DNA from: a virus
Taxonomy: Duplodnaviria; Caudoviricetes
Length of the DNA: 63,892 nucleotides
Virus record (IMG/VR): IMGVR_UViG_3300009514_000024
Location: 1-63,892 of that record
Strand: one strand, 5' to 3'
Each line of letters opens with the position of its first letter. Position 1 is the first letter of the stretch. The notes beneath the pieces were generated by a model. That model was not told where the DNA came from. It saw only the letters and a list, made by a program, of their open reading frames with translations, and did no database searches. Shown piece by piece: positions 55,238 to 63,892 of the stretch. Position numbers and translations under genes: made by a program.

Positions 55238-57808
55238 CTATTTTTTCTTTATCATAAATTTTTCAAAGTTTCCAGAGTTAAAATTTATATCACCCCATTT
55301 TAGTACATCAAACATCTTCTGTATTACAGACACAAAACTTTTATCGAACTGAGATTTATAATCTATTGTGAACTTATCATTAAACTCTTTTGGCCAATTT
55401 CCAATATAACCTAAGATATAGGTTTCTAGATTGTTTTTTGTAGTAGTATGTATATACTTTATTTTTGCCCCATCGTTGACTTGTACATAAGGGAGATTCC
55501 ATCTGGTTATCATGTAGTTATAACACATGGAAGCCCTAATATGAATCGGTGTGCTTTTTTTAAAAGTCAGTTGTTTCTTTTTAACATAATAAGACATTGG
55601 TTTAGCATACTTAGAGTATTCTTTAACTCCTTTATTAAAAGATATATCTTCTATTTTTTGTTCTTTAAAATCTTTTTTTATTTCTCTCATTTTCTTCATT
55701 ACATTTGCTCTATTAGGTGTTTTCCCTTCAAATATAATATCAATAACATTCCTCATTCCTTGTCTACAGAACAACGGAACATCACTCTTAATCATTTCGG
55801 AACCTGTCGCTTTTAGTTTTGGCTTCTCATATATTTCATCTTCATTCTGCAATATTAAAGTGAGATATTTTTTCTTCGCCAGTACTAATTGTTTAGATAT
55901 AATACCTTCTCTTTTAAAGTTTATTATTTGTTCAGTATTATGTTTTTTTGCCCATATCAAAAGTATTTTATCATAAAAAGGATCTAATACTTTTTCTTCC
56001 ATCAAGTAGCCAAACTCTTTTAACTCCATATCAGGAGCATAATGTTCTTTAATTTCACTAAAGCATAAGTAGTTGGAATCGGTATCTATAAGTTTTACCA
56101 CATTTTCCTTAATAACGGGATATGATTCAGCATCAGGGAAAATTCTTTTGGCTATTTTGTGCCATTCGGATTTAAAATATCTATTAGTGGTGTTTGATAA
56201 AAATTTAATTAATTCTCTACCTGCTCTGGTCACCACTCTAGCATTATCAACATCATAAAAATGAAAATACTTACTTGCCATAACTCCGTAGATAGAGTTA
56301 ATCATAATCTTTCTAATGTGTTGTTGAGAATCAAAATATTCGGCTGAAGCATGATCCCCATCTTTTTTACACTGAAACATTTTCTTTTTAAAAGCTCTTC
56401 TTTCATCGAAAATCTTTTTCACAATAACAGGGAATATTCCCTTCTTTTTATTGGTGTAATATAAACCATTAAGAGGGGTTTTAATAAGGTCACCTTGGGC
56501 AATTCGTTCTTCCGAAGGATTGAATACTTTGGTGTCGGGTGATATGTTATATTGCATGATATTATGGGGATACAAAGATTCTACATCAAACGATTCCACA
56601 TCATTGTATAGACCTCTATTGGCATCCACATGGCCACCTTTCACGAAAAAATCATAAAATGTTTTTTCACCATCTTCCCATTTTACATTCTGTAACACAT
56701 CACCCGACTTATACAACCCAAGTCTTTTCCATTCATCAACTATTGGTATTTCCTTATCTGGCATAACCATATTATTCATGTGAAGATGTTTCATCACATA
56801 GCCTTCTATAGTGGCTACAGAAGAAACAACCTTTTCCACTGGAATAAGAGCTTCGGATGATAACTGTATTGCCAAAGCGATAAACTTTTTCTTTTCTTCT
56901 AATTTTTTAATTAGTAAAACATCCTGAACATTGTACTCGACATATTTGTTCCAATTCTTTAAAAACGCATCATTAATGTGGCCTTCTAATTCTAACTTAC
57001 CACCCAACTTCTCATGGTGGGTTACAAAGTTCAATGAATATGAAGGAAGATTATCAAAGGTAAATTTTTCATACAATTCTTTGTAATCTAACAGATTCAG
57101 ACCTGCTATTTTGCAGTAGTAAATTGTTTTACCATGTTTGTCTAATTTGTTTTTATGGTAAAATTTATTAATGGGGGAGAGGGTAAGTTTGATACCAAGA
57201 TTCTCTAGTCGGTTAATAATATACTGAATATCGAAATTCTTCACATACCAACCAGTAACGGCATCGAACTTACATTTTCTCCACCACTTGACAAAGTGTG
57301 TAAGCATTTTCACTTCATCTGGAATCCAAGCATAATTTTCTACTTCAGGCGCATTTCCTGTATATTCCCTATTCCCCCAAGTGTACATCTTTTTGGTTTT
57401 TGTATTGTAAACCGAAATCAGGTTAATAGGGAATTCTGCTTGTTCTGGATAAGGGAAACCTTCACCAGATTCAATTTCAATATCCAACATGGCTATATTG
57501 AAATCATCAATATTAGGATTTAATTCTACTTTTCCGTATCTCCTTTGAAGATAAGACACATCTTCTGCAATATCAAACTCACACAACTTGTTACCAGAAT
57601 CTTTTAATGCTTGAATGTTTTTCTTATTATTAGATAAATGATTCTTTACAGGATTACCATAAATGTCTTTTATTTCCGATTTGCCTGTCAAATCTTTGGT
57701 GTAATATTGATACTCAAAAGGTTCTTCCAACTTAACAGTTTTACCGTTATATGATTCCCATAAGTGTATCTTTTTACTAAATGTATCGTAATAAATTCTC
57801 TTAAACAT
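55238..57808 (-). CDS. gp43: Family B DNA polymerase
   Basis: DIE, FDIQY, YNVQD, SFDVESLYP, KIMINSIYG, DTDS, KKKY. Confidence 0.95.
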   Translation of the reverse strand: MFKRIYYDTFSKKIHLWESYNGKTVKLEEPFEYQYYTKDLTGKSEIKDIYGNPVKNHLSNNKKNIQALKDSGNKLCEFDIAEDVSYLQRRYGKVELNPNIDDFNIAMLDIEIESGEGFPYPEQAEFPINLISVYNTKTKKMYTWGNREYTGNAPEVENYAWIPDEVKMLTHFVKWWRKCKFDAVTGWYVKNFDIQYIINRLENLGIKLTLSPINKFYHKNKLDKHGKTIYYCKIAGLNLLDYKELYEKFTFDNLPSYSLNFVTHHEKLGGKLELEGHINDAFLKNWNKYVEYNVQDVLLIKKLEEKKKFIALAIQLSSEALIPVEKVVSSVATIEGYVMKHLHMNNMVMPDKEIPIVDEWKRLGLYKSGDVLQNVKWEDGEKTFYDFFVKGGHVDANRGLYNDVESFDVESLYPHNIMQYNISPDTKVFNPSEERIAQGDLIKTPLNGLYYTNKKKGIFPVIVKKIFDERRAFKKKMFQCKKDGDHASAEYFDSQQHIRKIMINSIYGVMASKYFHFYDVDNARVVTRAGRELIKFLSNTTNRYFKSEWHKIAKRIFPDAESYPVIKENVVKLIDTDSNYLCFSEIKEHYAPDMELKEFGYLMEEKVLDPFYDKILLIWAKKHNTEQIINFKREGIISKQLVLAKKKYLTLILQNEDEIYEKPKLKATGSEMIKSDVPLFCRQGMRNVIDIIFEGKTPNRANVMKKMREIKKDFKEQKIEDISFNKGVKEYSKYAKPMSYYVKKKQLTFKKSTPIHIRASMCYNYMITRWNLPYVQVNDGAKIKYIHTTTKNNLETYILGYIGNWPKEFNDKFTIDYKSQFDKSFVSVIQKMFDVLKWGDINFNSGNFEKFMIKKK

Positions 57809-57866
57809 TACCTTTTTCTTTTTACCACCCTACAAAATATTTCAAATCCTACTTGATTGCACTTAT

Positions 57867-58832
57867 CTATCGAATATTTACACATTCCTTAAATTTAGCC
57901 AGTTCTTTACAGATAGATTTTATTTTATATTCAAAAGAAGTTGATTGGTCTAACCCAAAACCCCCTGCGTGTTTATGTCCACCACCAAGTTTCAAATCTC
58001 TTAAAATGTTCCCAATATGAACATCCTTTAATTTATTATTTGTTCTTAACGAAGTGCTTTTGGTTTTTGGATTTCTATTAATAACCACCATAAAACCATC
58101 ATTCAACAATTTGTTACAAATATCATTTACAAAAGAAGTGGCTTCTACATAACAACCATTAATATTAAAAGGCAAGGGGTAATAATTCTCTTGAACCTTT
58201 TTCAATTGATTATTCATTTCATTTCTTTTATCAAATACATATTTCAATTCTTCTGGTTTAAATTTACAGTTTCCATTTTCAAATCTTTTAACAAAAGCCG
58301 TAGACTTCATCTTAAAATGTAATTCATTTAAAGCCCACCCTTTAGCTTCTTTTTGATACCACATATCATAATCATTGATATATTTTACTAGTTCATTTAA
58401 AAATGATAAATCTTTGTTAAAATACATTGAACAAAAAGTCTTAGTTAAAAAAGTGGCGCATTCTTGATTATAAACGAATCTAAGATTATCAGGATCGTGA
58501 TGATCATTTGCAGTATCATGATGATCTAACAATACCACATTCTTAATATCTTTGATTGTGCTTACACTTTCAGGTGAAATATCAGTGTAAATCACAGCAT
58601 CATATTTATCATAATCAATCTCTCCCGCCACTGTATCAATATACAAGTGATGGTCTTTTTTGTGACCAGCTTTTATATATTCAATATTCCTGAAACAGTT
58701 ATGAAGGGAAATAGTACTACCAGTTCCATCCATACAAGCATTATGGGATATATTTAATATCTTAGAATCAATATTGAGGTTCAGTTTCTCCTTGACTTGT
58801 TGAACCTCTTTTTGTGTAATGTAATCTTTCAT
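57867..58832 (-). CDS. DHH/DHHA1 phosphoesterase
   Basis: SH...DG, TD, LDHH, GGGHKHAGG. Confidence 0.85.
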   Translation of the reverse strand: MKDYITQKEVQQVKEKLNLNIDSKILNISHNACMDGTGSTISLHNCFRNIEYIKAGHKKDHHLYIDTVAGEIDYDKYDAVIYTDISPESVSTIKDIKNVVLLDHHDTANDHHDPDNLRFVYNQECATFLTKTFCSMYFNKDLSFLNELVKYINDYDMWYQKEAKGWALNELHFKMKSTAFVKRFENGNCKFKPEELKYVFDKRNEMNNQLKKVQENYYPLPFNINGCYVEATSFVNDICNKLLNDGFMVVINRNPKTKSTSLRTNNKLKDVHIGNILRDLKLGGGHKHAGGFGLDQSTSFEYKIKSICKELAKFKECVNIR

Positions 58833-58883
58833 ATTAACAACATATTTTCTTTTTGTTTTAAAAATTCGGTTTCTTGGACTTTT

Positions 58884-60164
58884 CTAAAGAACAGAGGTGA
58901 CTAGTTTCACATATTCAACCGACTCCATCCATCTACCTTTTTCGGATAACATTTTAAATTGTTTGTTTTTAATATTATTGTAATATTTTGGTTGTCTAAG
59001 TTTATCGACAACTTCATTAATATCATCTACTGTACAATTGTCTTTAACTGTTAATTCACAATTATCATACGGAGAAGGTTTACCATTTGTGAAAACCGTT
59101 CCGATTGCAGGTAATGACAGAGCACAATATTCAATATATTTAATATCCGATTTTGCATGATTAAAATCATTAGGAACCAACGGCATAATACCAATATCGG
59201 CTTTAACATTTTTAGCGAAATTATGGTATCTCATAGAATCAACCCAACTATAAACTGTTATTTTATCTTTAATAGATTCAAAGAACCAAGGTAAACCACC
59301 CATACAAATAAAATCTATCGTTTCGTTATTCACAGACTCTATTACCCATTTTCTCCAAGCATTATCAAAATCTCCCAATGCTTTAGAAAAGTTACTGTAA
59401 TGGGTAGGCGAACCTGTATACAACACTTTGAGTTTTTTAATAGGTTCGGTTTTATCTTCCCTAACTCTGTCTCCCCAAAAGAATTGAGGTACACAGTTAG
59501 GAACAACTTTTAATTCGGTCTGTGGATCAAATTTCTCCTTAACAAAATCAACCAAATATTGAGTGCTAAATGTACAAGTATCCATCAAATTCATAATTTT
59601 AACTGAATATTCTCTTACTTCATCACCAATATTTTTATATCCAAAGTTGTATGAAGGTACACCTGTTTTTTTAGAACCACCTAATAGTTCATTTTTACCC
59701 CAAATCATATCATCCATATCCCAAACCATTTTATATTTTAATTCTTTTTGAAGTTGTTTATAATTGGATAACATACCAAATGCCTGTTGAGTCATGTGTC
59801 TTTGGAAATACATGGTTCTGGCTCTTTGTAATATTTCTGTCTGCTTAATATAAAACGGAGCAGTAATACAGATCATTTTTCCACTTTTTCCATAAATGGA
59901 ATTGAGAAACATGGTAGGATATATACATCTAATATGGCCACAACCTGTAAAATCAGAAGGAAAACATACCACCAGATTCTTGGCTATTTTTATTTCCTTC
60001 TGATTAGTTTTATTAGATACGGAAGCTAAATTCCCAACTTGTTGTTTCAACTTAGCTTCAAAGTCTGCCACCGTTTTAACTTTATTAACTTCTGGTTGTG
60101 TAACTGGGTTAGGAGCCATATTCTCCTTTAACTTATTTGTAAAATCTTCTAAAGATGTTGGCAT
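58884..60164 (-). CDS. GT-B fold glycosyltransferase-like protein
   Basis: GCGHIR, WDMDD, VPN, DIGIMPL...FNHAKSDIKYIEY. Confidence 0.75.
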   Translation of the reverse strand: MPTSLEDFTNKLKENMAPNPVTQPEVNKVKTVADFEAKLKQQVGNLASVSNKTNQKEIKIAKNLVVCFPSDFTGCGHIRCIYPTMFLNSIYGKSGKMICITAPFYIKQTEILQRARTMYFQRHMTQQAFGMLSNYKQLQKELKYKMVWDMDDMIWGKNELLGGSKKTGVPSYNFGYKNIGDEVREYSVKIMNLMDTCTFSTQYLVDFVKEKFDPQTELKVVPNCVPQFFWGDRVREDKTEPIKKLKVLYTGSPTHYSNFSKALGDFDNAWRKWVIESVNNETIDFICMGGLPWFFESIKDKITVYSWVDSMRYHNFAKNVKADIGIMPLVPNDFNHAKSDIKYIEYCALSLPAIGTVFTNGKPSPYDNCELTVKDNCTVDDINEVVDKLRQPKYYNNIKNKQFKMLSEKGRWMESVEYVKLVTSVL

Positions 60165-60180
60165 AGTGTTTCAATTCTCC

Positions 60181-61221
60181 TTAATTTTCATTCTTCACTT
60201 TTTCGTATAAATCTTTCAAATTGCTTATCACTTCTTTTTTATCAGGTATATCTATATCTGATACATATTCATCAATAAGTTGTATAATATTTGTTGTTTT
60301 ATATTCTTTCTTTTTATCTTCACTAGGTTCTATATCTAGTTTAATAGTCGGCTCATATACAGGATTAAAGGTACTTACCTTATCCATGTATTTTTGAAAA
60401 TGTGCTTGTTTAAAATTATTATCTACCTTTACTAATACATCAACAATATTCCCCGTTACGATTTCTTTTGTTATTTTTTCAGGATAAACCAAATCGGTAA
60501 ATCTTATTGATTCTGTATTATTTATAAACTCATAATCTAAAGTTTCAGTATCTAAAATACAGAAACCTCTGTTTTCGTTTTTATCCATTTTTGTCAATTG
60601 GTAAGCGTTTCCTATATACTGTATCTTGCTACTTTCTCTTTCTTGATAGGTTCTCTTGTGAAAATGCCCAGAGAAAATCACTTTGTAATTGTTAAATAAA
60701 ACTCTAGAATTTAATCCATGTTCACATAACATTCCTTTGTTGAAATGAAAACCTATTGTCTCAAAATGTCCTATACAAACATCCATATCCAGATTTTTAT
60801 CCATAACTCTTTTCGTGAAATCTTCATTATCAACCTGCCAAGGAACCATTAACACTTTAGCACTCCCAAAGATGTGGGGTTCTATTTCGTCTACCACATT
60901 CACATTAGATAGGTTTCTAAGAAATTTCAATGAGTGGGTTTCAATGGTAGTCTTGAAATATGAATCATGGTTCCCGACTAGCATATATATCTTAAAATCT
61001 TTGAAATCAACCTTCATTAATTCTTCTACCTTATTCATCACATTAACATTGATATTGTTTCTATTATCAAAGAAATCTCCTAAATGAAATACCGTATCAA
61101 TATTATTCTCTTTTAAATATGGGATAAATTGGTTTCTAAAAAACCTTATCTGAGAGTCCAGAAATTCTGGTGATGATTTTTTGATCCCAAAATGAGTGTC
61201 AGTTACCATTGCTATTTTCAT
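60181..61221 (-). CDS. gp47: Recombination endonuclease subunit (Mre11/SbcD-like)
   Basis: TDTHFG, LGDFFD, GNHD, SGHFH. Confidence 0.92.
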   Translation of the reverse strand: MKIAMVTDTHFGIKKSSPEFLDSQIRFFRNQFIPYLKENNIDTVFHLGDFFDNRNNINVNVMNKVEELMKVDFKDFKIYMLVGNHDSYFKTTIETHSLKFLRNLSNVNVVDEIEPHIFGSAKVLMVPWQVDNEDFTKRVMDKNLDMDVCIGHFETIGFHFNKGMLCEHGLNSRVLFNNYKVIFSGHFHKRTYQERESSKIQYIGNAYQLTKMDKNENRGFCILDTETLDYEFINNTESIRFTDLVYPEKITKEIVTGNIVDVLVKVDNNFKQAHFQKYMDKVSTFNPVYEPTIKLDIEPSEDKKKEYKTTNIIQLIDEYVSDIDIPDKKEVISNLKDLYEKVKNEN

Positions 61222-61428
61222 TTATTCTCCTATTACCCCTTTAGTGTAAACCATTCTCCAAGTACCATCATTAAGTTTATCGTAATAAATAAATCCGTTT
61301 CCTTTTCCCAATTTCACTTCAGCTATTTTGCTTACTTTAATTTTAACTTCAGAATCAAAAGTGTTTATTGTATGTTCAACTGTTTCCATTATAATGAACC
61401 TGTAACAAAAACTGTAAGCAAACTCCAC
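61222..61428 (-). CDS. Hypothetical protein
   Basis: Small operonic ORF. Confidence 0.4.
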   Translation of the reverse strand: MEFAYSFCYRFIIMETVEHTINTFDSEVKIKVSKIAEVKLGKGNGFIYYDKLNDGTWRMVYTKGVIGE

Positions 61429-61470
61429 CCAATCACAATCAATAAGTAGATGGCTATTATTATTTCTGTT

Positions 61471-61938
61471 TTAGTCATAATCTTCTTCGTTAAAGTTATT
61501 TTCCTTATGCACATTTTCGATATAACCAATCGGTTGAAATTTCTCACTATACTTTTTCTGTTTATTGATATATTGCAAGAAAGCATGATGACATACGGTT
61601 GTGAAATAACTGAACGGATTTGTTCTAGTTATATCATACCGATCAATGTACCTACTGCAATACCAACAAGCATCAGAAGTCATAGCATCTTTTCTATCAG
61701 CCGAATAATTAATAAAGTTCGGTTTAGTCAGAATATGCTGGCAAAGATTTAAGAATATTTTTCCTAATTCATTTTTGACTCTTGTACCTTGTTTTTGTAA
61801 CATCATATAAGGTGGCGAAGCGGTATCGTTTATTGTTTTCATTTTTTCTATTATTTGTCGTCTAGTGCATAATAGTTTGTAAAATTCTTCATTATTAATA
61901 TAAGAATTGTTTTTGTTCATTTTCATTCTCCCTAACAC
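61471..61938 (-). CDS. gp55: Late-transcription sigma factor
   Basis: YINNEEF, KPNFINYS, NPFSYFT, AFLQYINKQKK. Confidence 0.88.
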   Translation of the reverse strand: MLGRMKMNKNNSYINNEEFYKLLCTRRQIIEKMKTINDTASPPYMMLQKQGTRVKNELGKIFLNLCQHILTKPNFINYSADRKDAMTSDACWYCSRYIDRYDITRTNPFSYFTTVCHHAFLQYINKQKKYSEKFQPIGYIENVHKENNFNEEDYD

Positions 61939-61955
61939 TAGGGAATGAAGGATTT

Positions 61956-63704
61956 TTATTTAGCAACGAAAGTCAAATCAGAAATGGTTGAAAAACCATT
62001 TTTCTTTTCTGCTTTGTACAGGTTATCAAATTCGATTGATATTTCTCTGAAAGAAATCAGAAAAATAGACAAATCAGGATCATTGATAACCATACCCTTT
62101 ATAACATCTATGATGATATCTAAACCCTCTGGTTCAATACTATTATCGAACAGTTCATCAAAGATTAATAAATTACACCCCCAATTATTGATAATCTTTG
62201 CAGTATCAATAAACGACAAAAGAACCGACACATCTAGCCGTTTCTTTTCCCCTTCACTAAAAGTGTTGTATGAAATATCTTTATCTCTGATTGTATTAAT
62301 AATAGCATTCATGTATTCATCAAATTCTATAGTTAATGGTAGCTCAAATAAATCCAAATATTCATTTACTTTTTCGTTTAGTATGGGTATAAGTTTTGAA
62401 AAGAAGTGAGTTTTTAATCCTTCATCCCCTAGAATAATTGACATATTCTTGTTGATTCTCATATCTTTTTCTAACAAATTGATCTTATTTTGCACATCTT
62501 TAAATTCGTGCATTTTGTTTTTTAAATTTTCTTTAAATTCTTCAAGGTCAACGGAAAACACTTTATCACTAGCCACCTGCTTATCCTTTTGCAGAACCTC
62601 TGCTCTTTCTTCAAGATATTTTAAATCTCTTTCGTTTCTGTTGATATCATCAACCAATTCCATTTTCTGGTCTTTGAATTTACGAAATACTGATTCTTGG
62701 TTTTCCAATTTGGCGATAAGGGTTTCTAGTTTTGCTTTATCTTTTTCAGCTTTATCTTTATCGGTCTGTAATTTGTCGATATGTGATTTTTTATGTTCTT
62801 CTGTAAGTTTTGTTTTACAAATCGAACACACATCTGTTTTGTTGAAAAAATTCAATTCTTTTTGAGAAGAATTGATTATTGTTTTTAAACCCCCTACTTT
62901 AATTCTACTATCGTTTAGCTTATCAGAATTTCTTGGTGGGGTTTCTAGCTTTTCAAGTTCCAGTTTTAAATTATCAATATTGTTCTTATGGTCTTTAATT
63001 TCTTTTTTATTCGATTTTATCTTTTTTTCTATTTCTTCGATTTCTTTTATTTTATCGGCTTCAAATGAATCATTCTGTTTTTTCAGGGATTTATACTGCC
63101 TGTCTAGTTCTTTTCCAGATTGCATAACCAGACTTTTAGTCTTTTCCAAAATAACTATTTCTGTTTTAAGATTAGAAATTTTAGTTTTTACCTCTTTTTG
63201 CATTTGACTGAATATTTGAACTCCGAATACAGTTTCTCCTACAATTCGTTTCTCTGCCGTTTTAAGGCCCAAGAAAGGCCGATTATTATTGATGGCTAAA
63301 GACAACACCTGCCTGAAAAGAACGACATCTAGCCCTATTAAACGGTTAATTTCGGCCTGATTTAAGTCATCTGAAGATAACAACTCCAAATCTTCCTTAT
63401 TTTTTTGGATATTGAGGGTTTTTGGCTTGTAAGTTCGGGTTATTTTGTAGTTATCAGAGCCTATTTGGAACTCTGTTTGAACCCAAAGACCTTTTCGATT
63501 GGTTCGGTTGACCAGTTCACCTAGCTTGATATCTTTGAAGGTTTTGCCAAAAAGACAAAAACATAAGGCTTCAAGTATGGTAGATTTACCATGCCCGTTT
63601 TTACCTGATATCGAATTTAGACCATTTTTAAATTGGAAACAAATTTCTTCATTTCCATATGAACCAATGTTCTTAAATTTTATTTCTAAAAATCTTATAT
63701 ACAT
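61956..63704 (-). CDS. gp46: Recombination ATPase subunit (Rad50/SbcC-like)
   Basis: GKNGHGKST, CSIC hook, FSEGEKKR, IFDE. Confidence 0.93.
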   Translation of the reverse strand: MYIRFLEIKFKNIGSYGNEEICFQFKNGLNSISGKNGHGKSTILEALCFCLFGKTFKDIKLGELVNRTNRKGLWVQTEFQIGSDNYKITRTYKPKTLNIQKNKEDLELLSSDDLNQAEINRLIGLDVVLFRQVLSLAINNNRPFLGLKTAEKRIVGETVFGVQIFSQMQKEVKTKISNLKTEIVILEKTKSLVMQSGKELDRQYKSLKKQNDSFEADKIKEIEEIEKKIKSNKKEIKDHKNNIDNLKLELEKLETPPRNSDKLNDSRIKVGGLKTIINSSQKELNFFNKTDVCSICKTKLTEEHKKSHIDKLQTDKDKAEKDKAKLETLIAKLENQESVFRKFKDQKMELVDDINRNERDLKYLEERAEVLQKDKQVASDKVFSVDLEEFKENLKNKMHEFKDVQNKINLLEKDMRINKNMSIILGDEGLKTHFFSKLIPILNEKVNEYLDLFELPLTIEFDEYMNAIINTIRDKDISYNTFSEGEKKRLDVSVLLSFIDTAKIINNWGCNLLIFDELFDNSIEPEGLDIIIDVIKGMVINDPDLSIFLISFREISIEFDNLYKAEKKNGFSTISDLTFVAK

Positions 63705-63767
63705 ACCAATAACATATCTTCTTTTTGGTTAAAAAATTCAGTTTCTTGGACTTAATTTAAAAAGGTT

Positions 63768-63817
63768 AAACCGCAGGGTGGGGGGAGAGCCGAAGGCGAA
63801 CCACCCGCACAAGGTTT
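63768..63817. other. GC-rich nested stem-loop of unknown function
   Basis: AAACC/GGTTT, GGGTGG/CCACCC and GCC-GAA-GGC nested inverted repeats in AT-rich context. Confidence 0.5.
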
Positions 63818-63892
63818 TAATCAGGTTCAACTACCTATCTGTAAATTTTGGACTTTACTATATAGGTTTAATAAATATTATAATAATATTAT

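Noticed and set aside
55238-57808. Intron or intein in DNA polymerase
   Set aside because: Continuous 856-aa ORF with all motifs and no Hint signatures.
41511-63732. Numerous plus-strand ORFs of 60-154 aa opposite core genes
   Set aside because: Antisense shadows of well-supported minus-strand genes; no motifs or ribosome-binding sites.
1-63892. Genome-wide stop-codon reassignment
   Set aside because: Core genes are full length in the standard code and end in TAA, TAG and TGA; the in-frame TGA at 39471 is an isolated case.

Overview
AT-rich segment of a large T4-like (myovirus-type) phage genome, almost entirely on the minus strand. The right half (about 32-63.7 kb) is the replication/recombination/nucleotide-metabolism core: gp46, gp55, gp47, gp43, GroES, UvsX, gp41, gp32, gp61, RuvC-like, RNase H, gp4, a class II ribonucleotide reductase with three inteins, dCMP deaminase, gp45, gp44, gp62 and dNMP kinase, with a small endolysin module. 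A plus-strand block (about 17.3-25.3 kb) carries sigma70-type early promoters, ArdC and a methyltransferase-like gene. The left part (0.7-13.2 kb) is a cluster of 14 tRNA genes, several structurally atypical, mixed with homing-endonuclease-like genes and counter-defence/repair genes (Acb2, macrodomain, cyclic-phosphate receiver). The top find is at 6.1-9.9 kb: a Ro60/TROVE-like vWA protein gene followed by four non-coding RNAs that share a conserved bulged-helix scaffold but carry different cargo (two circularly permuted tRNA mimics, one normal-topology tRNA mimic, one minimal), then a nucleoside-deoxyribosyltransferase-like gene and an ARPP-like gene. Other notable items are a rigidly spaced bipartite promoter motif (14 copies plus a variant) that appears to drive leaderless mRNAs, an orphan thymidylate synthase C-terminal fragment, and a tRNA-like element between uvsX and gene 41. 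All protein calls rest on motif recognition by eye; no searches were run.
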